From a virus, in the IMG/VR virus record IMGVR_UViG_3300042541_003180, positions 21,312 through 85,311 of that record: 64,000 bases of DNA. The stretch is one strand, 5' to 3'. The translations under genes and the position numbers were made by a program. The notes under the pieces are model-generated. The model was given only the letters and a program-made list of their open reading frames with translations. It was not told where the DNA came from and ran no database searches. How positions within the stretch are numbered: the stretch's first letter is position 1; every line of letters begins with the position of its first letter. This document shows, piece after piece, positions 1 through 9,189 of this stretch.

Positions 1-936
1 GAAATTAAAATTGTTGATTTTGGTAGACGTTCAATTTCATCAATTCGTCAAGTACTTAAATCTAAAATTATGGATTTAGGTAAAGAATCTTTGTACAAAA
101 AATATAAAGATAGAGAAGGTGAAATTTTCACTTGTGAAGTTTACCAAATTTTAAGAAAAGAAGTTATCGTAACTGATGATGAAGGTAATGAATTTGTTTT
201 ACCTAAAACAGAACAAATTCCAGGTGATTTCTTTAGAAAAGGTGATTCAATTAGAGCTATGTTACAAAGTGTCTCTATTGAAAATGGTAAACTTTATATG
301 ATTTTATCAAGAACTTCTAACAAGTTCTTAGAAAAATTATTTGAACTTGAGATACCTGAGGTATTTGACGGTTTAATTACAGTTAAAGCTGTTGTTAGAG
401 AACCTGGTTCTAAAGCAAAAGTTGCAGTTGAGTCTTATGATGATAGAATTGATCCTGTTGGAACTTGTGTAGGTGTTAAAGGAAGTAGAATTCACTCTAT
501 CGTAAGAGAGTTAAATAACGAAAACATTGATGTTATTACTTATACTACTAATAAATCGTTATACATAATGAGGGCATTAGGACAAAGTAAACCAAATGCT
601 GAGATAAATGAAGAAAATAAAACCGCAAGTGTTATTATTCCTTCTGATACCATGTCTTTAGCAATTGGTAAAGGTGGTTTAAACATTAAATTGGCTAGTA
701 AATTGACTGGATACAAAATAAATGTATTCTCTGACGTTGACCATAATGAAGATGTCTTATTAGAAGATTTCTCAGATGAAATTGACGGTTGGATTATTGA
801 TGAACTTAAAAAGGTTGGTTATGATACAGCTAAAAGTGTTTTAAAGGCGGACTTTAATTTACTTGTTAAACAAACAGATTTAGAAGAAGAAACAATAAGA
901 GAAGTTGTTAAGATTTTAAAATCTGAATTTGAATAA
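1..936 (+). CDS. nusA: Transcription termination/antitermination factor NusA (5'-truncated by window edge), Bacteroidota-like
   Basis: Frame open from base 1. S1 domain, KH motifs (REPGSKAKVAV, DPVGTCVGVKGSRI, AIGKGGLNIKLASKLTG), and C-terminal FSDEIDGWIIDELKKVGYDTAKSVL...TDLEEETI typical of Bacteroidota NusA. Confidence 0.95.
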   Translation, partial: EIKIVDFGRRSISSIRQVLKSKIMDLGKESLYKKYKDREGEIFTCEVYQILRKEVIVTDDEGNEFVLPKTEQIPGDFFRKGDSIRAMLQSVSIENGKLYMILSRTSNKFLEKLFELEIPEVFDGLITVKAVVREPGSKAKVAVESYDDRIDPVGTCVGVKGSRIHSIVRELNNENIDVITYTTNKSLYIMRALGQSKPNAEINEENKTASVIIPSDTMSLAIGKGGLNIKLASKLTGYKINVFSDVDHNEDVLLEDFSDEIDGWIIDELKKVGYDTAKSVLKADFNLLVKQTDLEEETIREVVKILKSEFE

Positions 937-967
937 AAAAAGAGACTCAATATTGAGTCTCTTTTTT
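935..967. terminator. Bidirectional intrinsic terminator
   Basis: Perfect palindrome aaaaaagagactcaatattgagtctctttttt between convergent genes. Confidence 0.85.
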
Positions 968-1550
968 ATTTTACTAAGTAAAGTGTGTAGTTATTAGATT
1001 TTGGTTTCTCATTGATAAAGTAATATTTCTCAACTTTACCATCATATTTTATTGTTTTAATAAAGGCATCTGGTACTGTTGCTCCGGTTGGTAGTTTAAT
1101 TGATTTATCTGAAAATATAATTTTTATTTCAACATCAACAATATACTTTTTAGCTAATTCTCTTTCATGTAATTCTAATAATCTCCAAGTACCTCTATTT
1201 AGGAATTGATCTTGTAAAGTACAGTTTAAATAAGTAAATGTTTTAAGTAACATTATTTTATCACAATTGAAATCTGCTGCTGGTGCACAATGACCTTTGT
1301 CATAAATATTATTCTCATAATCTTTTGAATCTGATGTTTTGTAGCCTTTTTCGGTATAGAAGTCCATACCTTGTCTTGAAACTTTACCCTCTTGACAAAG
1401 AACACGGTACTTAACTCTTAATGGTTGTTCAAATTTTTCGGAATAACTGATTTCAAAAATGTCTGTTTTAACTAACACACTATCTCTAACAACTTGAGAA
1501 TAACTCATGAACGTTGTTATAAATAATAAAATTGATAATAATTTCTTCAT
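966..1550 (-). CDS. DNA/RNA non-specific endonuclease (His-Me, NucA/EndoG type) with signal peptide
   Basis: YDKGHCAPAADF, TFTYLNCTLQDQFLNRGTWRLLE, VPDAFIK motifs. N-terminal MKKLLSILLFITTFMSYS-Q signal. Confidence 0.9.
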   Translation of the reverse strand: MKKLLSILLFITTFMSYSQVVRDSVLVKTDIFEISYSEKFEQPLRVKYRVLCQEGKVSRQGMDFYTEKGYKTSDSKDYENNIYDKGHCAPAADFNCDKIMLLKTFTYLNCTLQDQFLNRGTWRLLELHERELAKKYIVDVEIKIIFSDKSIKLPTGATVPDAFIKTIKYDGKVEKYYFINEKPKSNNYTLYLVK

Positions 1551-1574
1551 TTGTTTTATATTTTTTTAACTTAG

Positions 1575-1596
1575 TATATATTAAAATTAATATATA
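1575..1596. promoter_or_regulatory. Back-to-back TAATATATA putative late promoters
   Basis: TAATATATA on - strand 1575-1583 and on + strand 1588-1596, between divergent starts at 1550 and 1602. Confidence 0.7.
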
Positions 1597-1601
1597 AAAA
1601 T

Positions 1602-1757
1602 ATGAAGGTATTTGCTTATATTTTAATGGTGGTTTCTTTACTAATAGGTGTATTAGTTGATATGAATTTTTTCAGTGAGGTTCAATTTCCTATATTTAGT
1701 TCGTTTGTAATATTTCTAACAGCTATTTATATTTTATCTGTTAAAAAATCTAGTTAA
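1602..1757 (+). CDS. Small 2-TM membrane protein (51 aa, not in ORF track), holin-like candidate
   Basis: MKVFAYILMVVSLLIGVLVDMNFFSEVQFPIFSSFVIFLTAIYILSVKKSS. ATG 5 nt after TAATATATA. Confidence 0.6.
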   Translation: MKVFAYILMVVSLLIGVLVDMNFFSEVQFPIFSSFVIFLTAIYILSVKKSS

Positions 1758-1920
1758 CAACAACGTAAATCATAACTTTTGAGTGTTCTTTAATAAATTT
1801 AAGTTCACCATAGAAACCTTGTTCCTTGGCTTTTTGAGTGTATTTCTCATAAATTTCATCAAAATTATTATCCATAACTTTGACTTTTTCGATTCCCAGT
1901 TTTTTTAATAATAGTTCCAT
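1750..1920 (-). CDS. Small hypothetical protein (56 aa, not in ORF track)
   Basis: MELLLKKLGIEKVKVMDNNF...MIYVVVN. ATG 4 nt after AAATATATA; fills the intergenic gap. Confidence 0.6.
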   Translation of the reverse strand: MELLLKKLGIEKVKVMDNNFDEIYEKYTQKAKEQGFYGELKFIKEHSKVMIYVVVN

Positions 1921-1971
1921 TTAGTATATATTTTAAATAACAACTCCTAAAAATAATTTAATATAATTAAA

Positions 1972-2481
1972 ATGAAATTAAAAGTTTATATTTCCGGATA
2001 TGGTGCTGAAGTTACTCAGGGAACTCTAACAAATGAAAAGGTTGAACAAATTTATGAAAGTTACGACTCATTAGAAGAGTATTTTACTCAGTATATTGAT
2101 GATGATTTTAGTTGGTATGAAATTGATGATAATTTTCATTGCTATGGTGCTTATTTAGCAGAATCACTTATTCAAGTTATAGATGGTGATGGTAATACTA
2201 TTTATGAAAATCCTTGTGATGAGTTAGTTACTACTGAATTGTTAACAAATGAAATTTATTCCGATGAAGAAAATTCTGCAATTACTTGTGTATCTATCGA
2301 AAAAGGAACATTCTTTGAGGGGGATTTTGAAGTAGATAATTTTGATCCCGAACTACTTACTTTAGAAATTAAAGTATTAGAAGGTTTTAGAATTATTTAT
2401 AAAGTATTATATAATAATGATGAAATTGATGGTGATTTTGTATTCTCTACCGGAAAAGACTTTAATGTTTATATTGATTAA
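1972..2481 (+). CDS. Acidic hypothetical protein
   Basis: 169 aa ORF preceded by CAAC-N16-ATATAA. Confidence 0.7.
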   Translation: MKLKVYISGYGAEVTQGTLTNEKVEQIYESYDSLEEYFTQYIDDDFSWYEIDDNFHCYGAYLAESLIQVIDGDGNTIYENPCDELVTTELLTNEIYSDEENSAITCVSIEKGTFFEGDFEVDNFDPELLTLEIKVLEGFRIIYKVLYNNDEIDGDFVFSTGKDFNVYID

Positions 2482-3152
2482 TTTTTCTTTAAAGGTATCT
2501 CAGGATCTATATCAAAATTATCATTAAGATATGTTTTTAATTCATTTTCTATATAATGATCTGGTACAACCTTATCATCGTCTTCTTGACTCATTTTCTC
2601 ACTAATAAATGTTGTAAACTCATTTACTACTTCTGGTTTAAGTGCTTCGATTAACCTATCAGATACTACAAATGCTCTTGAAAATCTATCTTTTAAATTA
2701 ACTTCTCCTTCTGGTAACTTCATATAAGTATCGATAGTTTTCTTTAAGAAGTCTGTATATTTAGATTGTGGTTCTAAGTAAGTAAATATAGTATCAAATA
2801 TTTTATGTACAATACGTGAAGATCCAAATATAGTACCTACTACTGCTAGTACAGGAAAGAAAGGTGCTAGTGATAAAGGAATTGCAATTGGTAATAAATT
2901 AAATATATTTTTCTTTAATGTAGTTTTCTTTTTAGCATCAATTGCATCTTTAAAAATCGCTTTAAGTAAACCAAAAGTAAACTTCTCTCCTTTTGAGTGT
3001 AGATAAGCTCCTAAGTGACCTTGTTTAGATAAAGTAATTTGTTTTTTTAATTCTTGTTTATCAGTCACACCCATTTTAATAAGTTGTGCTTTTATATTTT
3101 TATCATAATTTTCAAGGATTAAAAAGTCGTTATATTTTTTCAGTTTATTCAT
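2478..3152 (-). CDS. Putative virion internal protein with CTS-like N-terminus and hydrophobic segment
   Basis: MNKLKKYNDFLILE N-terminus; central hydrophobic stretch LLPIAIPLSLAPFFPVLAVVGTIFG. Confidence 0.6.
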   Translation of the reverse strand: MNKLKKYNDFLILENYDKNIKAQLIKMGVTDKQELKKQITLSKQGHLGAYLHSKGEKFTFGLLKAIFKDAIDAKKKTTLKKNIFNLLPIAIPLSLAPFFPVLAVVGTIFGSSRIVHKIFDTIFTYLEPQSKYTDFLKKTIDTYMKLPEGEVNLKDRFSRAFVVSDRLIEALKPEVVNEFTTFISEKMSQEDDDKVVPDHYIENELKTYLNDNFDIDPEIPLKKN

Positions 3153-3192
3153 TATCTAAAAACAAAGATTAATTTTTACTATATATAAAATT

Positions 3193-4536
3193 ATGATGAC
3201 AGAAAAAACGATTTCCGATTTCTTATCAAATGAGTATAAAGAGTTTGCAATGTACTCTATTGAAGGAAGAGCAATACCATCTGTTGTTGATGGATTCAAA
3301 CCAACACAGAGAAAAATCATTCATATTTCCAATCAAATTTGGAGAAATGGTAGTGAGAAAAATATAAAAGTATTCCAGTTAGCAGGTAAGGTTGCGTCTG
3401 ATGCTTTTTACCACCACGGTAATACTTCATTAGAAAATGCTATTGTAACAATGGCACAAAAATTTAAAAATAATGCCGCCTTACTTGAAGAAGATGGACA
3501 ATTTGGTTCATTACGTTCTCCACAACCGGGTGCGGCAAGATATATTGGAACTAAATTAAGTGAGAACTTTAGATTGATTTATAAAGATTTTGACTTACTT
3601 GATTATAAAGAAGAAGAAGGTGAAACAATTGAACCAAAATACTTTTTACCAATCATTCCGACAGTTCTATTAAATGGTTCTTCAGGAATTGCAGTTGGTT
3701 TTGCTTCTAATGTTCTAAATAGAGACATTAAAAGCATTATTGATAGTTGTGTTAGAGTTATTGAAGGTAAAAAAATATCTAGTATTAAACCGTCTTTAAA
3801 TGAGTTTACAGGTGAATTCATACAAGATAAAGAAAATAGTAAAAGATGGATAATAAGAGGTCGTTTTCAAAAAGTAAATACTTCAACGGTTAAGATAAGT
3901 GAGTTACCACCTTCTATGACGTATGAAAAGTATGAAGAAATACTTGATAAACTGGTTGATAATAAAGATATAGTTTCATATGATGATAATTGTAAAGATA
4001 ATGTTGATTATACAATAAAGTTTAATAGAGCTGCTTTAGAGGGTTTAGATGATACTGCTTTAATAAAGCTTTTAAAGTTAGAAGAATCGTCAACAGAGAT
4101 ATTTACAACATTGGATGAGTTTGGTAAACTAAAAATATTTGAAACATCAGAAGAAATTATAGAATACTTTACCAAATTTAGATTAGAATACTATAATATA
4201 AGAAAACAACATACTTTGGATAAACTTAATAGAGAGTTAAAGATATTAAGTAATAGAGGTAGATTTATTAAAGCTATTCTAGATGAGAAGTTAAAAATAA
4301 ACAATGTGTCTAAAAATGAGATTATCAACGGTATTGATTCATTAGGACTAGAACAAATAGATGATTCATATGATTACTTATTAAGAATGTCAATTTACTC
4401 TTTAACAAAAGAGTTATTTGAGAAAATGAAGCAGGACTTCACTGCTAAAAAAGAAGAGATTAAGATACTAGAAGATACTGATCCAAAAGATATGTATCTC
4501 TTAGATTTAAGTGAATTAAAAAAGAAGTTTAAATAG
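3193..4536 (+). CDS. gp52: Type II DNA topoisomerase, T4 gp52-like (GyrA/ParC) subunit
   Basis: RAIPSVVDGFKPTQRK, YHHGNTSL, GQFGSL...GAARYI (catalytic RY), LLNGSSGIAVGFA, ISELPP. Confidence 0.95.
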   Translation: MMTEKTISDFLSNEYKEFAMYSIEGRAIPSVVDGFKPTQRKIIHISNQIWRNGSEKNIKVFQLAGKVASDAFYHHGNTSLENAIVTMAQKFKNNAALLEEDGQFGSLRSPQPGAARYIGTKLSENFRLIYKDFDLLDYKEEEGETIEPKYFLPIIPTVLLNGSSGIAVGFASNVLNRDIKSIIDSCVRVIEGKKISSIKPSLNEFTGEFIQDKENSKRWIIRGRFQKVNTSTVKISELPPSMTYEKYEEILDKLVDNKDIVSYDDNCKDNVDYTIKFNRAALEGLDDTALIKLLKLEESSTEIFTTLDEFGKLKIFETSEEIIEYFTKFRLEYYNIRKQHTLDKLNRELKILSNRGRFIKAILDEKLKINNVSKNEIINGIDSLGLEQIDDSYDYLLRMSIYSLTKELFEKMKQDFTAKKEEIKILEDTDPKDMYLLDLSELKKKFK

Positions 4537-4558
4537 TTGAACATTTGATTTTTTTCAC

Positions 4559-4566
4559 TATATTTG
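4559..4566 (+). promoter_or_regulatory. Bacteroidota-type -7 promoter element TAnnTTTG
   Basis: TATATTTG upstream of 4586. Same element at 8335, 16600(-), 26228, 48368, 54061(-). Confidence 0.65.
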
Positions 4567-4585
4567 TAAAAATTATATAATAGAA

Positions 4586-5740
4586 ATGAAAGAACAATTA
4601 CTAAAACTTATAAATGAAAGATCTCCTGGTGCTATACCACTTTTCTTGGTGGTTAGAGGTTCACATGCTTATGGAACTAACATAGAGACATCCGATACTG
4701 ACTTTGCAGGTGTATTTATACAACCAATGGATGATATTATGGGGTTTAAATATAAACAACAAATAAATGATGATAATAATGATATTGTAATCTATGAGAT
4801 ACGTAGATTTTTAGAATTGTTGGCTAGTAATAATCCAACAGTTTTGGAATTGCTTAATACTCCAGAAGATTGTATTATTTATAAAGATCCTATTTTTGAT
4901 TTGATATTGGAAGATAGAGACCAATTTATTACTAAAATCTGTGCAAACTCTTTTGGTGGTTATGCTAGAGCTCAAATTGGTAAAGCTAAAGGTCAAAACA
5001 AGAAACAAAACTGGGAGAAAGATAAAGTAGTTCGTAAAGACTTACTTGACTTCTGTTATGTTATTGATGGTGAGAAAACAATACCTTTTAAGAAATCGAA
5101 ATATGGTTCTGATTACAAAGGTGATTTCTTACATAAACTATTTGGTAGGAAATATGATATAAGAATGTTTGGATTAACAAATGTTCCACATGCTAAAGAC
5201 GTTTATGCGGTTTACTACAATGATAAACCAGGTTTTTACAAAGGACTTGTAAAAGTAGGTGATGAAGGTTTAGAAACACCTAATTTAGGTATTTCAAATC
5301 AGTTAAGATTGTCTTCTATACCAAAAGGTGAAGTCTCATTGTGTAACATTATTTATAATAAAGATGGTTACTCTGAACACTGTAAAGACTTTAGAGAATA
5401 TGAAGAATGGTTAGAAAAGAGAAATCTTCAAAGATGGGTTGATGTTAAGTCACACGGTCAACAAATTGACGGGAAAAACATGTTACATTGTCGTAGATTG
5501 ATGGACATGGCTCGTGAAATTGCAGAGGGTAAGGGTATACTTGTTAGAAGATCAAATGCTCAAGAGCTTCTTGCAATTAGAAGAGGTGAGGTAGATTTAC
5601 AAACTTTGATTGACCACGTTGAAAGTGAGATTAAAGAAGTAGATACTTTGTTTAAAGAATCAAATTTACCGGAAAAGGTAGATGAAAAATTTATAAATAG
5701 TTTATTAGTAAAAATTAGAAAATCAGTATATGGTATATAG
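4586..5740 (+). CDS. Pol-beta superfamily nucleotidyltransferase (YcgL/RlaP, T4 NrdC.11-like)
   Basis: RGSHAYGTNIETSDTDFAGVF motif, NNPTVLELL, DGKNMLHCRRL, LLAIRRG. Confidence 0.85.
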   Translation: MKEQLLKLINERSPGAIPLFLVVRGSHAYGTNIETSDTDFAGVFIQPMDDIMGFKYKQQINDDNNDIVIYEIRRFLELLASNNPTVLELLNTPEDCIIYKDPIFDLILEDRDQFITKICANSFGGYARAQIGKAKGQNKKQNWEKDKVVRKDLLDFCYVIDGEKTIPFKKSKYGSDYKGDFLHKLFGRKYDIRMFGLTNVPHAKDVYAVYYNDKPGFYKGLVKVGDEGLETPNLGISNQLRLSSIPKGEVSLCNIIYNKDGYSEHCKDFREYEEWLEKRNLQRWVDVKSHGQQIDGKNMLHCRRLMDMAREIAEGKGILVRRSNAQELLAIRRGEVDLQTLIDHVESEIKEVDTLFKESNLPEKVDEKFINSLLVKIRKSVYGI

Positions 5741-6362
5741 TAACGCTACGATTATAGCAATTATTTTAGGTTTCTTTGCATTAGGTTATTTATTTAATAA
5801 TCTTTTAAGAAAGATTCTTGATGTTTATAATGAAAAAAATTATAAAAAAGAAATAAATGATATTTTTCAAGGAATATTGGATAATATTTACACACATAAG
5901 ACGAGTTTTAATAGCCGTATCAATAATACTGTTAGTGTTATGACTGAATTAGAGAATCTTGGTTCGATAAATATTGTTTATTTGATGGATAGAAAGGATA
6001 TTGCGGTATTTAAAGGAGATAAATGTATTTATACATCTGATTCTGCTGAAAAGACTTTAGTGGAGGAAATTATTATGGGTGTAGAAATTTTTTATAAGCA
6101 TGAAATCAATGATGTTGTAAATGTGATGGGAATGGTTTTTTCTCGTGATGAATTTGAGAAAAAGTTTGGTGTTAAAGTAGAGGATATAAAGAAAGGTAAT
6201 TTCAGAGGGTTGAAAGAAGAAATGTCTGATATTGAAAAAATCAAAAAAAGAAATTCGGTTAAATTCAATATAGATGAAATATTAGATAGAATTAGTTCTG
6301 TTGGTATAGAAAATCTTACACCAGAAGAAAGAAACTTCTTAGATAATTATAATAATGAATAA
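5730..6362 (+). CDS. Membrane-anchored protein with C-terminal DUF6576-like module
   Basis: N-terminal TM; C-terminal IDEILDRISSVGIENLTPEERNFLD. Confidence 0.6.
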   Translation: MVYSNATIIAIILGFFALGYLFNNLLRKILDVYNEKNYKKEINDIFQGILDNIYTHKTSFNSRINNTVSVMTELENLGSINIVYLMDRKDIAVFKGDKCIYTSDSAEKTLVEEIIMGVEIFYKHEINDVVNVMGMVFSRDEFEKKFGVKVEDIKKGNFRGLKEEMSDIEKIKKRNSVKFNIDEILDRISSVGIENLTPEERNFLDNYNNE

Positions 6363-6696
6363 TCTTGAGTTAAATTCTTTTAGTTCAGACTTTGGAGATT
6401 TTAAAATAGTTTCTATTTTAAGTGACTATAGTAATCACTGGGTATTGGGTTTAACATCTGTTATACTTGAGAAAGACGAATTATACTATTACATTCAAGA
6501 AGAAAAAGAAAAGATTAGTGATGTTTCTAATATGCCACTTTATATTAAAGAAGATTGGATAAATTATAATAAACATGATTTAACTTTAGATATTATCAAT
6601 AAACATATTAAGTATTATAATAATGATGATGAAGATATGTTTAATTTATTAATGACGATACGTAGAGATTTTATTCTTAATAAGTATATAAAATAA
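6355..6696 (+). CDS. Hypothetical protein
   Basis: 113 aa ORF overlapping the upstream stop; ends RRDFILNKYIK. Confidence 0.65.
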   Translation: MNNLELNSFSSDFGDFKIVSILSDYSNHWVLGLTSVILEKDELYYYIQEEKEKISDVSNMPLYIKEDWINYNKHDLTLDIINKHIKYYNNDDEDMFNLLMTIRRDFILNKYIK

Positions 6697-6728
6697 AAAA
6701 ACCACTCATTTGAGTGGTTTTCTTTTTA
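6695..6728. terminator. Bidirectional intrinsic terminator
   Basis: aaaaaaaccactca-ttt-gagtggtttt hairpin between convergent genes. Confidence 0.8.
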
Positions 6729-6738
6729 TATTTAAAGA

Positions 6739-7305
6739 TTAAAGTGGTAATTCTTCTTCCTCTTCTTCCTCTTCTTCTTTTTGACCTTGTGCAGGTTCTT
6801 GAACTTCTCCTTGTGCAGGTTCTTGAGCTTGTCCTTCAACTGGAGTTTGAGCTTGTGGCTCTTCAAATTCTCCTTCTGGAGTTTGACCTTGTGCAGGTGC
6901 TTGAGCTTCTCCTTGTACAGGTGCTTGACCTTGTGCTTGTGGTTCAGCTTGTCCTTGAGTTTGTGCTTGTGGTTCAGTTTGAACTTGTACTTGCCCTTGT
7001 CCTTGAGTTTGAGCTTGAGTTTGACCACCCATTATTGCACCACCAGGAATTTTATCAATATCTAAAAATGTAGTAGTTACATATTTAATTATCTCTTCAG
7101 CAATATCTACGTCTCCAAAGAACTGACGTAAGTTTTTACCAGTAGTATCTTTTACTTTTTTAACATAAGCGTTTATTAAAGACTGAGGTAAATCAATCAT
7201 AGTTTTTACTTTATAAAGATCGTTAACTTGGAAAACAGATTCTTTGATAATCTCTTCTCTATTTTTTTGAATACGAAATTTTTCAAATGCTTTAACGTGT
7301 TTCAT
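6739..7305 (-). CDS. Putative head internal/scaffold-like protein with Q/A/P/E low-complexity tail
   Basis: MKHVKAFEKF N-terminus, QAQGQ/EPAQG repeats, poly-E C-terminus; TAATATATA at 7331-7339. Confidence 0.6.
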   Translation of the reverse strand: MKHVKAFEKFRIQKNREEIIKESVFQVNDLYKVKTMIDLPQSLINAYVKKVKDTTGKNLRQFFGDVDIAEEIIKYVTTTFLDIDKIPGGAIMGGQTQAQTQGQGQVQVQTEPQAQTQGQAEPQAQGQAPVQGEAQAPAQGQTPEGEFEEPQAQTPVEGQAQEPAQGEVQEPAQGQKEEEEEEEEELPL

Positions 7306-7367
7306 GTTTTTGTTTATTTTTTATATGATTTATATATTAAGTATAAAAAGTCATTTTTTGTACTTTT

Positions 7368-7877
7368 TTAGAAAACTCCTAATACTGACAATAATAAACC
7401 AACTATTACTACGGAACCACCAATTCCACCTACAACCATCTTAGTTTTTAACCTTGATAATTGTTTATCTTTTTCATCAATTACTTGTTGTCTATTGGCT
7501 AATTGTTTTTCTAATACATTATTTTTTTCCATCCAAGCAATTATCTCACCTTGTAAAGCTTTGATTTTATCATCCTTTACTATTATTTGTTGGTCTAATT
7601 TAGTTATAGTAACATCTAATCTAGCAATTACTTCATCTTTTTCATTAACTACTTTAATACACATATCTTCATAGTCTTTCATTTCTTGTGATAGTTTTTC
7701 AAATTTTTCTAATATATTTGAATTATTATTAAGTTTCATGGCTTGTGGTATAGTCATAACTATAACTTTTTGTCCAAGTGAATCTTTTTCAAATCTTGGA
7801 TATTTGATTTCTTGTGTAACTTGTGAAAACATTGTTGTGAAAATCAATGTCATTAATATTGTAAATAACTTTCTCAT
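7368..7877 (-). CDS. Signal peptide + coiled coil + C-terminal TM protein (spanin-like component)
   Basis: MRKLFTILMTLIFTTMFS-Q, long coiled coil, C-terminal MVVGGIGGSVVIVGLLLSVLGVF. Confidence 0.5.
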   Translation of the reverse strand: MRKLFTILMTLIFTTMFSQVTQEIKYPRFEKDSLGQKVIVMTIPQAMKLNNNSNILEKFEKLSQEMKDYEDMCIKVVNEKDEVIARLDVTITKLDQQIIVKDDKIKALQGEIIAWMEKNNVLEKQLANRQQVIDEKDKQLSRLKTKMVVGGIGGSVVIVGLLLSVLGVF

Positions 7878-7880
7878 ATC

Positions 7881-8294
7881 TTATTTTATATTTTTTATTA
7901 AATCTTCTAAAAGTTCATCATCAGTTAGTACTTTTGGATTATTTTTCATATCTTCAATTTCCTTTCTTGTTTCTTCCATTCCACCTTTTAATTCTGTTAA
8001 CTCGGCTTTGGCTTTTTCTGCATTTTGTTTTGCAATTAAAACATCAGCTTTTGCTTTTCCTACTTCAATTGCGAGTTTTTTGTCTTTCGCATCTTTTTGG
8101 TCATAGATTTCTTTCCAAGCGGCAACTTTTGCCTCAGCAGCTTCTTTTTCTTGTTCTAACTTTTTATATTTTTCTTCAAGTTCTTTAACTTTTTCTTTAG
8201 AAGAATCATATCCTCCTAAGTACCAAGTAAGTCCAAACCCTGTAGAAGATATTAGTAAAAATAAAATAGCAATTTTTCTAAAATCAATTTTCAT
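7881..8294 (-). CDS. N-terminal TM coiled-coil protein (i-spanin-like)
   Basis: N-terminal hydrophobic helix then K/E/A-rich coiled coil; TAATATATA at 8314-8322. Confidence 0.5.
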   Translation of the reverse strand: MKIDFRKIAILFLLISSTGFGLTWYLGGYDSSKEKVKELEEKYKKLEQEKEAAEAKVAAWKEIYDQKDAKDKKLAIEVGKAKADVLIAKQNAEKAKAELTELKGGMEETRKEIEDMKNNPKVLTDDELLEDLIKNIK

Positions 8295-8361
8295 ACTTTT
8301 ATTTATTTTTTTATATATATTAAAAAATTATATATATCTTTGTATAAAATTATAAAAAAAT

Positions 8362-8874
8362 ATGGAAATAAAAAAATTAGTATGTTTTGACTTTGATGAT
8401 ACTTTATGTAACACAGTTAAACATGACGATGGAAAAGTTATATGGAGAGATAAGTTTGGTGTTGAATATCCTCACAGAGGATGGTGGTCAAAACCAGAAA
8501 GTTTAGATATGGATATTTTTCCAGTCACGGTAAATCCTTATGTTTACCAAGAATATTTAAAAGCAGTTTCTGATCCAGATAATTATGTTATTTTGGCAAC
8601 AGGTCGTATAGAGAAATTAAGACCAGAGGTAGAGGCAATTTTAGATAATCTGAACTTAGCATTTGATGCAGTTTATTTAAACACAGGTGGTGATACTTTT
8701 ACCTTTAAAAGAAGATTATTTGAAAAAATGATTTCAAAGGTTAATCCACAAGAATTTATAATGTATGACGACCGTTACGAGCATTTAGAGGAATTTGAGA
8801 AATGGGCTAAAACAATTGACTGTCGAATTACTATAATAGACGTAAAGAACAAAACAACAAAAATATTCAAATAA
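8362..8874 (+). CDS. HAD-superfamily phosphatase (Swiss-army-knife RNA-repair-like HAD)
   Basis: CFDFDDTL, GWWSKPESL, ILATGR, MYDDRYEH motifs. Confidence 0.8.
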   Translation: MEIKKLVCFDFDDTLCNTVKHDDGKVIWRDKFGVEYPHRGWWSKPESLDMDIFPVTVNPYVYQEYLKAVSDPDNYVILATGRIEKLRPEVEAILDNLNLAFDAVYLNTGGDTFTFKRRLFEKMISKVNPQEFIMYDDRYEHLEEFEKWAKTIDCRITIIDVKNKTTKIFK

Positions 8875-8877
8875 GAT

Positions 8878-9162
8878 ATGCCAACTATTACTAAGAAAAA
8901 AACACAATCTAAAGTACAGGAGATTTTATCTAAACCTTACAAACTAATACTTCATAATGATGATTATAACTCATTTGATTGGGTTATTGAATGTCTTATG
9001 AAAGTATGTAAGCATGAATATGAACAAGCAACACAATGTGCTCATATTGTTCACAATAATGGTAAGTGTGATGTTAAGTATGGTGACTTAGAAACCATTT
9101 CAGAAATGAAGAATTTACTAAAATCGGCGGGACTCTCAGTCACTATGGAAGTGAATGAATAA
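8878..9162 (+). CDS. clpS: ATP-dependent Clp protease adaptor ClpS
   Basis: YKLILHNDDYNSFDWVIECL...EQATQCAHIVHNNGKCDVK. Confidence 0.92.
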   Translation: MPTITKKKTQSKVQEILSKPYKLILHNDDYNSFDWVIECLMKVCKHEYEQATQCAHIVHNNGKCDVKYGDLETISEMKNLLKSAGLSVTMEVNE

Positions 9163-9189
9163 AAAAAGACATCTGATGATGTCTTTTTT
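9161..9189. terminator. Bidirectional intrinsic terminator
   Basis: aaaaaaagacatc-tgat-gatgtcttttt. Confidence 0.8.

Noticed and set aside
6714-7073. Overlapping ORFs 6714+, 6732-, 6781+
   Set aside because: By-products of the low-complexity repeat in the real gene 6739-7305(-); no promoter or plausible product.
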